The notes: generated from the letters alone by a model not told the origin. A stretch of 63,649 nt of DNA, filler included, from Trichosphaerium sp. ATCC 40318 (GCA_038496445.1; 3 parts of 3 records of this genome joined end to end with filler, not necessarily neighbours in it); one strand, 5' to 3'; shown: positions 49,115 through 62,039, counted from the first letter of the whole stretch. Made by a program: numbers and translations.

Positions 49115-50624
49115 AGCGAGTCCTTTAGAGACCCGTAACCCATGTATATAGCGGTGGCTCCGTTGCGCACAAAGTCGTGCACTAAGGACTTTAGGCCAAA
49201 GTCCGCCGACGGCGCTGGCGGAGTACGCCAACCACTTTTTTTTTGTTTTGGCTATGAACCAATCGCCTACGCCCCATTCAAACACCATGCACGAGCCACG
49301 ACATTTCGATATCACCACCCCTTTTTGTATAAAGAGGAAGCCCTACCCTTGCTTTTTGTCCCACGTGACGAATTACTTCGGTTTTTTTCAGATCACGACC
49401 CAGGTTTTGGTATAAAGAGCCTTAGACCCTGTCCGCTTGCACGGCTTCTCTAGCTGTATATATCCAACCAACCAACCGAAAATCGGCTGGGAGAATTTAC
49501 TGTGTATAGCGGCAGACTTTGGACATACCGCCTGGTGGACCTTGGGCGGCTTCCACCCTCTTGGGTTTCGGCAGAGGCTGAACCCAATACCCCCCGATTT
49601 TCGAACATCTCGTGTGCTTGCGTGGTGCCAATTTAAATTACTTATTTTTGATTGCGGCTTGTGGCTTGGTTTCCTCTAGTCAACTTGAAAAACAAAAAAA
49701 AAAACCTTTTTTTCTTATGTGTCCTTGACTTATTGGTGATGCATAAAATTGGTTTCCTTGTACAAAAAAGAAGAGTTCCCCTCCCTTATATAACAATCAA
49801 CCTTTCCGAACTGATCCCTATGATATTACAAAAAAAAAACAAAACAAAAAAATGAAGACCTCTCTTTTTTTGCTGAAGAAAGCATTCCATAGAATAAATA
49901 ACAAATAAATTCGCTTTAGCAACCTTTGTCTCTTTATTATGCGAAGTCGAACCTGGGTTCTGTCTGACTTCTTTGACATTAGTTTCGGTGTTATCCAATC
50001 CTGAACGAGATTTATTTCGTTTATTGATACTAGTTAGTGGTTCAAGGAAACGAGGATAGAAAACAAGAAATGGAACTGCTACGAAGAAGCAAAAGCCTAG
50101 TAATGATGCGCCACTGTATGCAGATGTATCAGCTGACAAAGAGGACCCAAAGCTATTGCGAGGTCATTACAGATTATAAACAAGAAACTGGAAAAGAAGG
50201 TGACAATGACACATGTCAATCGAGATTTACTTTACATCCACCTCAAGTAACAAGATATTGTAGGTTACTCACATAAGCTGCATGTAGTTTCATCTACCGC
50301 TAACCTTGTATTAGCGGACTACGAAGGAAAGACAAATGTACGTAATGCGCGTTATATCACGTGTATTTGATTAACACATAGGAATTTGGGTTCAAGATTT
50401 TCCACGAATACGAGAAGGAGTACCACGGCTGAGGTTCCCATTGTGACCAAGCTGCACTTCCGTGTTCAAGATGGCTGTCATATATATGAAGTAGTACTAA
50501 AAATGATGTTGTAAACTGTCTGGCAGACTTTCAGCATCAGTGATTTTTTGTAGAAAATCTTAGGATTGCTTAGTCGTTACAGTTTTAAGTTAGACTATTT
50601 TCAACGGCGACATTAGAAATCGCA

Positions 50625-51383
50625 ATGGCTACACGAGGGCGCGAATTGGCGTCTGCAGAGCGCAAACCTTCGGCAGCATTAGCAGTCTGGAGACCAGATA
50701 GTGTCTATTTACGAATTCTTAACTACTGCATTGAGCTAGGCTCTGATTCCAACCATTTCAACCCGCTAAAGCAAAAATCATCATACTCCCACCTTTTTCC
50801 AGTTTCGTGCTCTTGGACAATATGGTACAACAGCCTTCCACCAACTATAACCAGTTTTGAAGACTATAAGCGAAATACTCTTCTTCCTCCAAACGATGGG
50901 ATCTGTTTGCTCCTACAATTACCTATTGAATTAAAATACATGATTTATGAATCATGCGTTGATGTTTTTACTGTTTGGCCTCTTTTATGTTGGCACACAG
51001 CAACTTCAACACGATTTGACTCCAACCTTAAAAAAAATGGAACTTGGAGAAACTTCTTACTTTGTTATGAGATTGTAAGAGTATTTGAGAATGGATTGGA
51101 GGTATACAGCAGTGGTGAAACAATACATGAAGTAATGGAACGATCTACACTTTGTTTGTTCAAGGCTGGAGTTACAAACACTAGACAAAGTGTTCTTGAT
51201 GCAGAGTCTGGAAAAGGATTTAAGATGACTAGAACAATATTTGCAGGAAAATCAGGGAAAGTTAAGGAGTTAATGTATAGCCCTTTGGATTGTGATATTA
51301 TAATTGATGTACCTTCTCACCTTATTATTGAGATTGATGAGTTTGATGTTTATCCTGAAGAACTAGACTTTAATGAGTTGTAG
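50625..51383 (+). CDS. Hypothetical protein with an internal F-box-like motif paralogous to 15414
   Basis: LLQLPIELKYMIYE..DVFTVWPLL..RFDSNLKKNGTWRNF aligns with LLPLELQLTICE..DIYKNWPLL..RFNDSFQKHGRWLAF. Confidence 0.65.
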   Translation: MATRGRELASAERKPSAALAVWRPDSVYLRILNYCIELGSDSNHFNPLKQKSSYSHLFPVSCSWTIWYNSLPPTITSFEDYKRNTLLPPNDGICLLLQLPIELKYMIYESCVDVFTVWPLLCWHTATSTRFDSNLKKNGTWRNFLLCYEIVRVFENGLEVYSSGETIHEVMERSTLCLFKAGVTNTRQSVLDAESGKGFKMTRTIFAGKSGKVKELMYSPLDCDIIIDVPSHLIIEIDEFDVYPEELDFNEL

Positions 51384-52612
51384 ATTAAGCCAAAACAAAA
51401 AAACTTCAAGTTTTTTTTCAAAAAGTCTATTGAACGCCCTGTCACCATTCTATAACTATTCAATATATATATAAAGTTGCAATAACTATATTAAAGAGTA
51501 AGTCAATCGATATCTTTATTCATTAGAACAACAAAGTATTAAGTTTACAACAATCCGAAAAACATAAGTCAATAAGGTTTATGCTAGCCACTCAACCTCG
51601 TGATGTGTATACATAATCACTTTTTTGCGGCTTTTGCACGTTTATCGTTCATGCGTTTTTGATATTCCTTCTTAAATTTACTGGAACTGTAACCTGCTGC
51701 ATACCCAGTATATCTATTATAAACAATAAGTCAATCGTTTTCTATGCGATTCAAAATTCGTATGGTACACTGTAATCAGGTACTCCTTCCTCTCTATTAA
51801 GTGTTCCCAGTCTTCTGGTTGAGTCTCTAAACTCTCTTTTACTCTATCAGCTGATGAAATCTGGAGAAGTTTAGGTGAGCATGATAAACAAAAGGACTAA
51901 AATGCGAAAGGGAAAAAAATCAAGTCAGATTGTTTTTACCTTGAAAGATTGACGTTGTTTCACAGTTTCACCCCATTTTAACAGTGTGGTTAGATCCTCT
52001 GGGGTGTTAAATTTCTTATAGTGAGGTAATAAAATCTCAGCACGCTCAAAGAATGGAATGAAAGCCTAGTCAGAAAAAAGGAGTTAACAAGAAGAAAACT
52101 GACAAAAAACTCACGTACAACATCAACAATCGTAAAATCTTTACCCATAAAGTACGGACCAACAATGTCTTCATTCATAGCCTTAAGGCCTCGACAAAAG
52201 CGTCCCTCTTAGCAGGAATATCGTCACCCTAAATCAAAACAAGACCGTGTCAACACGAACAAAGCAAGGAACAAGATAATCATCACATCTTACCTGAGCC
52301 ATCAAGAATTGATAAAATGTTGACATATTTACTATGTTTTTCAATTAGAGCACGTGCTTTAAAAGCCTCATATGGGTCTTGAGGGAAGAGCTTTACGTCT
52401 CCTTCAAATGCGTTTTGAAGGTATTCTATCATGTTCAAAGAGTCGTACACTTTATTGCCCTTGTACACACCAGCTGGCACCTAACGCCTCATCAGAATAC
52501 ATGACATACGTGTTTTGCGTTTAGGCTTCCGTAATGGGAATAAAATACAAGTTTTTTTCATAGTGTTGAAAATGAGTCTACTATTCGTACAGTGCCATTT
52601 GGTGATACTTCT

Positions 52613-52707
52613 TGTAATAGTCACATTTGGTCTTGAACCGATGTTGACTTTTAACCGAATAAACATCTTTACTTACTTACACACGTTGCACCTTTTCTTA
52701 TATTATA
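52613..52707 (+). repeat. 5' LTR (95 bp)
   Basis: TGTAATAG...TATTATA, identical to 56675-56769. Confidence 0.85.
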
Positions 52708-52725
52708 TTCTAAGAACTCTTTTGT

Positions 52726-55700
52726 TATTATTGAGGAAACTTTAAATCATTTGCAGGCCACCAAGTTCTTCTCAGCACTGGATGCACCTAATGGATTCTG
52801 GCATGTTCCAATTGCAGAGCGAGATAAACACAAAACTGCTTTTGCGACTAGAGATGGCTTGTATGAGTGGAATCGGATGCCTTTTGGGTTAACAGGTGCT
52901 CCTGCTACCTTTCAGAGGACTATGAACACTCTTCTCTCTGGTCTTACATGGCACGTCTGTTTAGTTTACATGGACGACATTATCATCTATTTTGAAAATT
53001 TCTTTGACCATCTTTTGGCTTTAATTCTCGTTTTTGACCGCATTATTTCCACAGGTTTCACTCTCAGGGCTAGTAAATGCCAATTTTTTAAAACTGAGAT
53101 TCAATATCTTGGACATCTTATCTCTTCTGAAGGTGTTCGACCAAATCCTGACAAGGTTAAATGTATTGTTCAATGTCGACCTCCCGAATCTCCCTCAGAA
53201 CTCACCACCTTTATTGCTATGGCTGGCTACTATAAAAAGTTCATCAAAGACTTTGCCACTATTGTCAAACCCATGCAAAAGCTACTACGCAAAGGTGTTG
53301 ATTGGCAATGGGATAAAGAACAAAGGATGTCTTTTGAACTTCTTAAGAGAAAACTTTCGTCCTCACCGGTATTAGCGCTTCCAAGATTCAACAGACCATT
53401 TCATCTTTATACAGATGGTTCTGGCTATGCCTCTGGTGCTGCTTTGGAGCAAGACAATGACCTAGGTGAACGTCATGCGATCGCTTACTTCTCAAAAGCT
53501 CACAGTAAACATAATGTGTTTATAAAAACACAACAGAATGGGAGATGCTCACTATGATCCGTGCTTTAGATAAATTCCGTCCATATTTATTGTACAGTCC
53601 AGTACATATCTACACAGACCATGAAGCTTTAAAATGGATGCTCAACAACAAAACTCTCAAACCGAAGTTTGCACGCTGGATCATGAAGCTTGAAGACTTT
53701 GATTACACCATACATCACTGACCTGGGAAACTTCATGCAAATGCAGATGGACCCAGTCGTACTCCCATTGCTTGTGTCAATAACCTCTCTTCCGATAATG
53801 CTGCTAAACTTTCTATTACAGTTGAAGATCAGCTTAAGGATGATGTTTTAGGACCTCTCCACCGATTTTTATCGGTTGGCGTTCTACCTAACAGTTGTGC
53901 TCTTCAAAGACGTATCTGTTCCATGGCTAAGAACTATTTTGTGGATGATACATCTGGCTTATTGTTACGTAATTGGATTGCATCTGATGACAACAATTAC
54001 ATACAATTATGCGTTCCAAAGTCTCACGTTGATACTGTGTTGGCCACCTTCCACGATGATGCAGGCCACCAGATGTATATGAAGATGCTTAACACAATCC
54101 ACAGACACTATTGGTGGCCCACCTGCAACATTGACTGCAAGAATTGGTGCATCAACTGCCATTCCTGTACTCAACGTAAAGGTCCTCGATTTAATTCCAA
54201 GTCACCTCTTGGAAGCACCACCTCCTGGGAAGTGTGGCATACTATTTCAATTGACACACTCAAGTTGCCTAGGACTCTTCGAGGAAACTGCAAAGTATTA
54301 GTAGTCACTGATTTGTTTACAAAATATGTTGAAGCTCTAGCCGTACCTGACGAAGAATCTGACCGTGTTGCGGCTTGGCTGGTAGATGTTGTATTTAACA
54401 GATGGGGTTATCCGAAACGTTTTCTTTCAGACCATGGTTCCAATTTTTTAGGAAAGATCATTTTTTCTATTAACAATTTGTTTGCGGTTAAGAAACTTAA
54501 CACTACCTCTTATCATCCTCAAACAAACGGTCAGGTGGAAAGATTCAATTGTACCATCATTGAGATGTTGTCCATGTATTCACAAGAGAACACAGACACC
54601 TGGGACTTGATTCTACCTCAATGTGTTCAAGCTTACACAGGTCTAAAAATCAAAGTGGTATATACCAGTTTTTTTATGGTATATACCACTTTTTTCAACA
54701 AAATGGTATATGGACTGGTATATACCATTTTGAAATACCACTTTTTTTAGAAATTAAGTGAATAAAAAAGTGGTATATGGAAGTGGTATATACCACTTTT
54801 CATTCACATAATGAGACCTTCTAAAAATGGTGTATAAGGTGGTATATACCACTTTTTTATGGTATGTGGTATATACCACCTTTTTATTGGTATATACCAC
54901 TTTTATGGTATGCTTCAAGAAGGTCATTAAGGAGCTTTTTGGTAATGGGTTTTCTTGTTGAATGATCATAGATGTCACATGTTAAATGGTGCGTAGCGAC
55001 CTTAGTATATCATAGAATCTAACCAAACCAAGTTCATTCGAACCGCAGGACCTGTTTCCAGTACAAGCATTAAGGAAACTATATTGCAGGTATTATACAG
55101 ACGTTCGTGGGACCAGACAAAGTTTTATTTTATTTTCGTTTCATATACATTAACCAGCCTCCGTAGGCCTTAGTAATTGATGGATTCAGGTAGAACCACT
55201 TTCATTAGGTGCGCAGCATGTTTTTACAGTAGTTACAGCAAGATCATGAGGATGGACAAAATTTCCAGACGCCCATAGTAATGTAACTGTAGTGGACATT
55301 GTCCACAACTTGTAACTCACAAACTGTGTATTAAATAAAGTGTATTTTCTGGAATTGCAGGTGTACCATAAGCAAGCATAAAGTGGTATATAAGAGTGGT
55401 ATATACCATGAAAAACTGGTATATAAAAGTGGTATATGACTGGTATATACCTAAAAAAAGTGGTACAAAAAAGTGGTATATTTTTTTTTTTCTGGTGAAA
55501 AAAAGTGGTATATTTTCTGCTTTTATACCTGTTTTTTTTGGTATATTGTTGGTATATTTGGTCAATATACCACTTTTTTTGGTATATTTTGGTCAAAATA
55601 TACCTCTTTTTTTGGTATATACCATAAAAAACTGGTATAAAAAAGTGGTATAAAAGTGGTATATACTAAAAAAACTGGTATATTTTTTTAGACCTGCAAT

Positions 55701-56576
55701 TTCTCTCCTCATTCATCCACTAAGGTTGCTCCATTCATGCTCATGACAGGCAGAGAAGCTATTATTCCTTTACAAGCTGCGATGCCTTCGTTCAATGCTC
55801 CTTTAAACCTTACTGATTTTGTCCACCGCACTCGTTCCCGGATTATCAAAGCTCATGATTTGGCAGTTAAAGTTTCGAAACAAATACGTGAATACAACAA
55901 AACTTATCATGACAAAACCAATCGAGTCAAATTGCGTTCCTTTGATGTTGGCGATTGGGTAATGGTTTACTTACCACGTCCTCAAGGAAACGATACTACT
56001 AAACTATCTCATCATTGGGATGGTCCATATCGTATTGCTCAGCGTAAGTCCAATCTTACATATCTTATTGAAAAAGATTCTGCTGCTGGCAATTGGCATC
56101 CTGTGATCAACATCAACCGGCTAAAGCCGTACCACGGATTTAAGCAAAACAAGATTCCTTCTATCAGGCGCGCACTCGTTTTCGACACTGTCACTTCACA
56201 CTCTCACTCTTTTAGAAACACAGCACAGATTCCTATTGCTCCAGCTATTCCTTTCAGAGATGTCCGCCTGTCCCGTCGCTCTCGTTCCACCGATCTGATG
56301 GCTGATCTAAAAAACACTCTCGAACTTCAACTCTCTCGCGCCAAGAAATTCTCAAAACCAAAAAGTTACACTTCCACTATCACAGCACTCAAATCAGTAC
56401 TCTGCGATGGTTCCCCTTATGTCACCAGCTTCCGTAGACAAAAACATTTTCTCACCAAACTCAAGGCAGTCAAATCTAACGATGCCCTGGTTTCTTTACT
56501 CAACTCTCTCACTACAGATTTCTCGAATTCTTTCTCTTATGAATTCCAAAGGTTGCAACGTATCTCAGCACATTAA
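52726..56576 (+). pseudogene. pol: pol (RT, RNase H, integrase) with a frameshift, a premature stop and a TIR insertion
   Basis: MPFGL..YMDD; YTDGS; frameshift ~53510-53530 before TTEWEML; TGA at 53719-53721; HHCC zinc finger; D-D-E (SIDT, SDHG, VERF); GPY module WDGPYRI after the insertion. Confidence 0.92.
54638..55696. mobile_element. Non-autonomous CAGGTCT-TIR element, 1059 bp, 2-bp TSD CA, inside the integrase
   Basis: gcttaCA|CAGGTCTAAAAA...TTTTTAGACCTG|CAatttc. Excising the element plus one CA restores QAYNFSPHSSTKVAPF. Subterminal GTGGTATATACCAC palindromes. Confidence 0.93.
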
Positions 56577-56674
56577 ACTGAGATAAAGCGTAAGATTTTA
56601 GTTAGACTGGCAACACGTCCTAAGGAAACTAATTCTTATGTTTTTCGATGTACTCCAAACATTGTGGGGGAGAA

Positions 56675-56769
56675 TGTAATAGTCACATTTGGTCTTGAAC
56701 CGATGTTGACTTTTAACCGAATAAACATCTTTACTTACTTACACACGTTGCACCTTTTCTTATATTATA
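56675..56769 (+). repeat. 3' LTR (95 bp)
   Basis: Directly follows the polypurine tract; GST coding sequence resumes at 56770. Confidence 0.85.
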
Positions 56770-57348
56770 TTCTAAGAACTCTTTTGTATCTGGACGCTCT
56801 TTATCAAAAAAGTTAACGTGCTGAGTTTTAAAAGGTATGCCAAGCTCAATGGCGGCTATCCAAGCCTGAATTAGGTCAATTTAACGAAGCAGTACAAAAG
56901 ACGGCGTTAGTACCCGCTGCGCGAAAGGACAATGGTCGGCGTTGTATAGTTTCAATGTATCTGTGCTCATTTGTTGCTTAGAGAGTTTGTGTACTAATGC
57001 TGAAAACCCGCTAATTTGCCCGCTATTAAGTGAATCTATAACATGAATTCATAGTGAACCACAAAACACTGGTAGGGAATTGACAATGTCGGCGATATTC
57101 CCTAATTGAAGTTACTGGTTCGCAGATATTCACTGGTTTACTGCTTAACTCCATTTTGAAATTAATGTGCAACGAAGGTAAATAATCGTTTTCTCATTTC
57201 TTGGATATGAAATCGAATCTGAGTGTACCAAGCAATTCTGTAAGAGGTCCTCAAAGTTGTTATAAACGTATTACTATGTACAAACGAGTCGTTGTTGCAC
57301 CTGATGCGAGCAAAAAGAATACAAAATCTACAGTAAGTGTTGTCGAAT

Positions 57349-58311
57349 TTATTGCCAATATGATGGCTCACAGATCATTTTAATTACATTTTTAAACGAT
57401 GAACCAGAATCCATAACAAACTCCCAAACGACCACATGAACAATTTCGCCTTTATCAAATTTATCAGCAATGGTTTGTTGTATGTCATCGTCAGTATCAA
57501 AAACAGCATCTAATTGAACAATTTGAACATCATGTTCTTCTCCTTTGATGTCTAAGCCAACATATTGAGTTGTAGATAGTTGATCATATAGTTCAACAAC
57601 ACGAGAATTAAGAGACCATCTTTGTCCATGTTCTGGTTCACAGTCTGCGCGACCATTTGGGAACATTTTCCTTGCATAAAAACCACCACAATGACATGTT
57701 AAGTCACCACATGTTGATTGTGTTATAACGCAATATGCATCAACACCTTCTTCTTCATCAACTCCCACACAATATATTGATCCATCTGTATAATTTTGAG
57801 AGCAATCTTTTAAATGTAACTCTCCAAAATGAGGAGAGAGATCGATGAGTTCTTCAACACTTGGATCTGTACATAATGTCAAACTTGCTGTTTTGATATT
57901 CTTAAGTGATGAGCAATCTTCTGGGATAGTACACAAAGTCACAGATTGTAGTTGAGTACAACAAGAAAGAACGTCAACAATGTCATTTATAGTGTTTGCT
58001 TTACCAATACTAGCATCGATAACAACATTTCTTAGTGTCTCGGAGCAACTTTTTATAGCGTCAATAAGAGTTTCAGCGTCTACCGTCCAGTTTATAATTA
58101 AGTCTCGTAACGGAGCTTTTTTTAGAATTTGTAGTACGTCTGTTGGCTTGCTGTACACTTTACTTTCGTATTTTACTTGTCCTGACATGTCTTTTACAGT
58201 GTAGGGGAGACTTCTTGTATTTTTCGTCACAGAACGTAAAGCTACGATTGAGGGTAGTGGGAGATACTGAGATACCTCAAATACTATATCGTCTTGTAAT
58301 ATTAGAGCCAT
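57349..58311 (-). CDS. F-box-like protein with degenerate LRR-like middle region (intronless)
   Basis: 320-aa ORF starting LQDDIVFEVSQYLPLPSIVALRSVTK. Confidence 0.75.
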   Translation of the reverse strand: MALILQDDIVFEVSQYLPLPSIVALRSVTKNTRSLPYTVKDMSGQVKYESKVYSKPTDVLQILKKAPLRDLIINWTVDAETLIDAIKSCSETLRNVVIDASIGKANTINDIVDVLSCCTQLQSVTLCTIPEDCSSLKNIKTASLTLCTDPSVEELIDLSPHFGELHLKDCSQNYTDGSIYCVGVDEEEGVDAYCVITQSTCGDLTCHCGGFYARKMFPNGRADCEPEHGQRWSLNSRVVELYDQLSTTQYVGLDIKGEEHDVQIVQLDAVFDTDDDIQQTIADKFDKGEIVHVVVWEFVMDSGSSFKNVIKMICEPSYWQ

Positions 58312-58796
58312 TGCGTATGTAGTTGTTTCTGAAAATAGTATGATGCGTCACAAGTGAGAGAGAATTGTCTTATTCATTGAACAACACAACTTGTTGCGTG
58401 GCAGTTTGTTGAACTACAACGTGTCAATATCATATTGTAAAATCTTAGAGTACGGCGATTCCTTAAGGCTTCCGAACCCATTTGATGACTCTGTTTTTGA
58501 CCGAACATACCGGCTGATAGACTAGCTAAAAACAGGGAAATTTGCTCAAACACTAAACGAAATTTCATACTTTTAATAATTTTTTGAAGACTAATTATAC
58601 GTGATATGTGACAAGACGACTTTCCTGGAGAAATACCTTTGGGGTTTTTTGACAACAAATGAAGTAGCTGTTTATTGAAAAAGTACAATTATTCTTTGAC
58701 AGAAGTAACTTTTAGTGTGTTTTTACGTAATGGGTGTGGTACAATCGCACGTCTCAAGTTTGGAACAAAGAAGATGACAAGAAGGCCAACAATTAC

Positions 58797-61021
58797 CTAA
58801 CACCAAGTCAGAGTTGCTACCAGGCTAGCCAAAATACAACATACCAATACAAGAACACCAAAAGTAATACCAAGCACCATGCCAACGTTCGCTGTTTCTG
58901 TTATGTCACACCTGTCAGGTCTTGATGCAATTACAAATATCCTAAAATCAAAATCAGGGTCATTTAGATGACTCAAAAGTAGACATAGACATACGATGAA
59001 AGAGTCCTGTCAAGTGATGCACTTAAACACGTCTTTTGTGGGGGCGGAGCAAGTGTAACATTACCGGTTATTGTGCCATTGTTACTTCTCATTACTTCTA
59101 TTCTTGTTTCATCAACAAGTATATCATTATAACTAGTGAAATCAATGATGAATGTCGTGTTTGGTGGTATCACAATAGATCCTACACTTAATGAGATCAA
59201 GGGTGACTCAATGAGAAAAAAACATCAAAACTTGAATCACGTGATACCTTGAACTTCAAGAAAGCCTCCTGGAGTAATTGTAGCTGTTCCTGAGAGGACC
59301 AAATCACCACCTATTATCAAAGGACCAGATAACACAATTTCATTTGGTAGAGTTCCAGCTGTAGGTGTGATTGTTGGTGGCACCGTTGGCTCAACTGTTG
59401 GAATTACTAGAAATTAAAATGTAAGAGAACAAAGGATCCTTTAGTTGCTCTTTGTAAACGTCTTACCACAGTACTGTTCGTTATTGCATGTAACTAATAA
59501 ATATTGTCAGAAAATGGAGTTGAGTATGAATACTGTTACCGGTTGTGTTGCACTCTTCAAAGAATGTAGTACTGTAACATTTGCAAGTGAAGTTATTTAG
59601 TATCGCGCCAGAGGAAATTGAGGTACAAGAAAATAGTAATATTGTATTTGGTTCTACTTGGGATTAAAACTATTTGGTGCTAAAACTATTTAATAGATAT
59701 GATTACCGTTATTGTCATGATTAAATCTCGTATTTCTACACAAAGATAAGCACTTCACCAGTTAATAGAATATCGTTGACCTTATTGTAATGTTGCTTTT
59801 AAACCCAACAAATGAAGGAGAGCTTAGAGTTGCTGAAGTATTTGTTCTTCTAAACGAGTATTGTAAGTGGCAAGATACTTTTACAAAGAACTGACGAGTG
59901 AGAGTATGTGCAAGTATTATCCTCAAACACACAAGAATCTACAAGCAACCTACTATCGCGGTTCACATTCACATACTCTATTCCAAAGAGTGTTATTACT
60001 CATAATTGAATGGAAAGTATAAATAGTACCTCTGCATCTGCCAAATAACAATGTGTTCCTGTTTCTCACAAAATGAGAGTTTGATATTTCTGTTTCATTT
60101 GTATGTAATAAGTATACGATACGAGCATTGATCAAATTATTGTCCTCAACCAAACAAGACTTGATTACAGCCTACTCATAAAAATGAGACTAAAAATAAA
60201 AAAACTCGCGTACAGTTGTCACTCTTACAATCTCAATCAAAGCTTTGTGACATTATGAAAAAAAAGTTTAATTACGACTATTCTTTGGTACCTCGTGCAA
60301 ACGTGTAGGTGTAAGTAATCTGTGAAAAAATACAATCTTGCAAATAAGCTGTTTCTGTTTCAGCAATAACCAGCACTTCCGAAAATGAGTCCCGAACAAT
60401 AATATCTCTAAATATCACTTGTTTTAGAGTCGCCACAGCACTGTACAGTTGTAAGGAATCACTTAAATAATATTGTACCTGCAGCTAACAAATAAGCGCG
60501 CTTTATGTCCAGTAAACGTCATGTTTCTAAAGTGAATATTAACATTGATTTTAGGGTTGCCTTGCTCCAAGTACGTAATGGTAACATTCGTATAAACGTC
60601 TAGTGAGATAAAGCAATCTCGAATTGTAAATCCAGACATCGAGATACTCACATTATCGAATACTGAGTACACTCGCTGTGTTCCATTGCAAGAGACATTT
60701 ACATTATACAATCCTAAGCACACTTAGTTACAACTTTACTGAGAACCACCAACTTACCATAAATGTCAACGCTTTTTGTAACTTCAAAGCCACTAAAGTT
60801 ACCCAAAATCAAGTTTGTTGAATTGAGAATAAGCTCTGTAGGTTCTTCTAGCAGATAACAACTAATATCATTGCCACAAACATGTTCACTTGAAGTTATC
60901 ACTAAAACAAGATTACTGTTAATCATAAAGCGCTTGTACTACTCTTCGTACCTGTTTTACCATGATCCATAGCGACAAATGCGAAAATCAACAATATAGC
61001 GCAGAAGTAGAGCGAATTCAT
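58797..61021 (-). CDS. Multi-exon type I membrane/surface protein (signal peptide, beta-helix-like repeats, Pro/Thr stalk, C-terminal TM); intactness unverified
   Basis: MNSLYFCAILLIFAFVA; ISNSHFVRN-type repeats; PTVEPTVPPTITPT; VGMVLGITFGVLVLVCCILASLV. Confidence 0.6.
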
Positions 61022-61559
61022 TTTCTAAAGCAAATTGTTACAATAACGACATTCACTCGGCTCTTCACGCACGTGATTGCTGACCTAAAACAGTTTTAAA
61101 AAAATAATTCCAAATCAAGTGTGATCTGTTCTCAATAGTTTGTTGCGAATGTAATGAAACAACGCCACTAATGACACTAATCATATCACGTTATTATTTG
61201 GTTTTGGCATTGTCAAATCACAACTAACGGAAAATAGGTTTGGTACATAGTTTGTATCAATATTATATCCATGGGCACTTGTAAATCCTGTTAAAAGCGA
61301 AATAAAGTTTTGCAGTACTTGTGCGCTATGTATTCATCTAAAAACTACCTAATTGAGGACTACCACAAGTATAGCTATTAATAAAAACGAACAATGTTTC
61401 ACGTTTTATTTTGGAAATCACAGTGTAGAGAATCACTCCGACAAAACTCTCAAGAATTCCTTACTGATCCATATAGGCAAAATGTTTGAATAGTTCTTGA
61501 GATGTCAAGAGCTTTCAAACTTTCATTTGTGGTTTTCATACTGGTCATTTGTGGTGTAC

Positions 61560-61670
61560 AAAGTGATGGATATTGCAAGACTTACTGTAAAGGCACTTGC
61601 TAGAGTACATACAGGAATTCTTTATGAGACATACAAAACAGATAAGGGTATTATAGCATACCTGGTTTCA
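61560..61670 (+). pseudogene. Highly decayed LRR relic
   Basis: VKALARVHTGILYETYKTDKGIIA resembles one 22-aa repeat unit. Confidence 0.4.
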
Positions 61671-62039
61671 AGTAGCAACCTGAAGGAATCGTTGTTTGTA
61701 CTATAGTTCTTCCTTCGTTTGGTTCGAATTGAATATTGCTTCTTTTATAGCGGTTTAACTAAATGCTACTCTAGTACCTTTTTTTATCAAAAGTTTTTTG
61801 CCTAATACTAAACAACTCACGGTAATTTACTGCGCTTCCTTTTCAAGCTTGCAGTTGTAACAACTTTCTCATTACTCAACATTGGCCACACGCTACAATC
61901 GCGTACTCATCAGTTAAGTATGAACGCAACTCAACTGGTACATTTACAGCACGTGCAATTTCAAGGTAAGACTTGGGGAAATTTTGCGTTATTATAATAA
62001 CTTTATTGAGCAAGCAGTTAATAAACAACACTAGTTTAT

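Larger units (their letters stand above)
52613..56769 (+). mobile_element. Internally deleted Ty3/gypsy LTR retrotransposon, TSD TTCT
   Basis: Identical 95-bp LTRs at 52613-52707 and 56675-56769. PPT GGGGGAGAA precedes the 3' LTR. Domain order RT-RH-IN. Flanks TTCT at 52609-52612 and 56770-56773. No gag, protease or PBS. Confidence 0.9.
51617..56970 (-). pseudogene. Cysteine-type glutathione S-transferase (omega/lambda/DHAR-like), disrupted by a retrotransposon in exon 2
   Basis: MSTDTLKLYNADHCPFAQR|AWIAAIELGIPFKTQHVNFFDKERPDTKEFLE//VSPNGT|VPAGVYKGNKVYDSLNMIEYL..GPYFMGKDFTIVDV. Removing 52613-56773 restores the frame. Confidence 0.85.
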
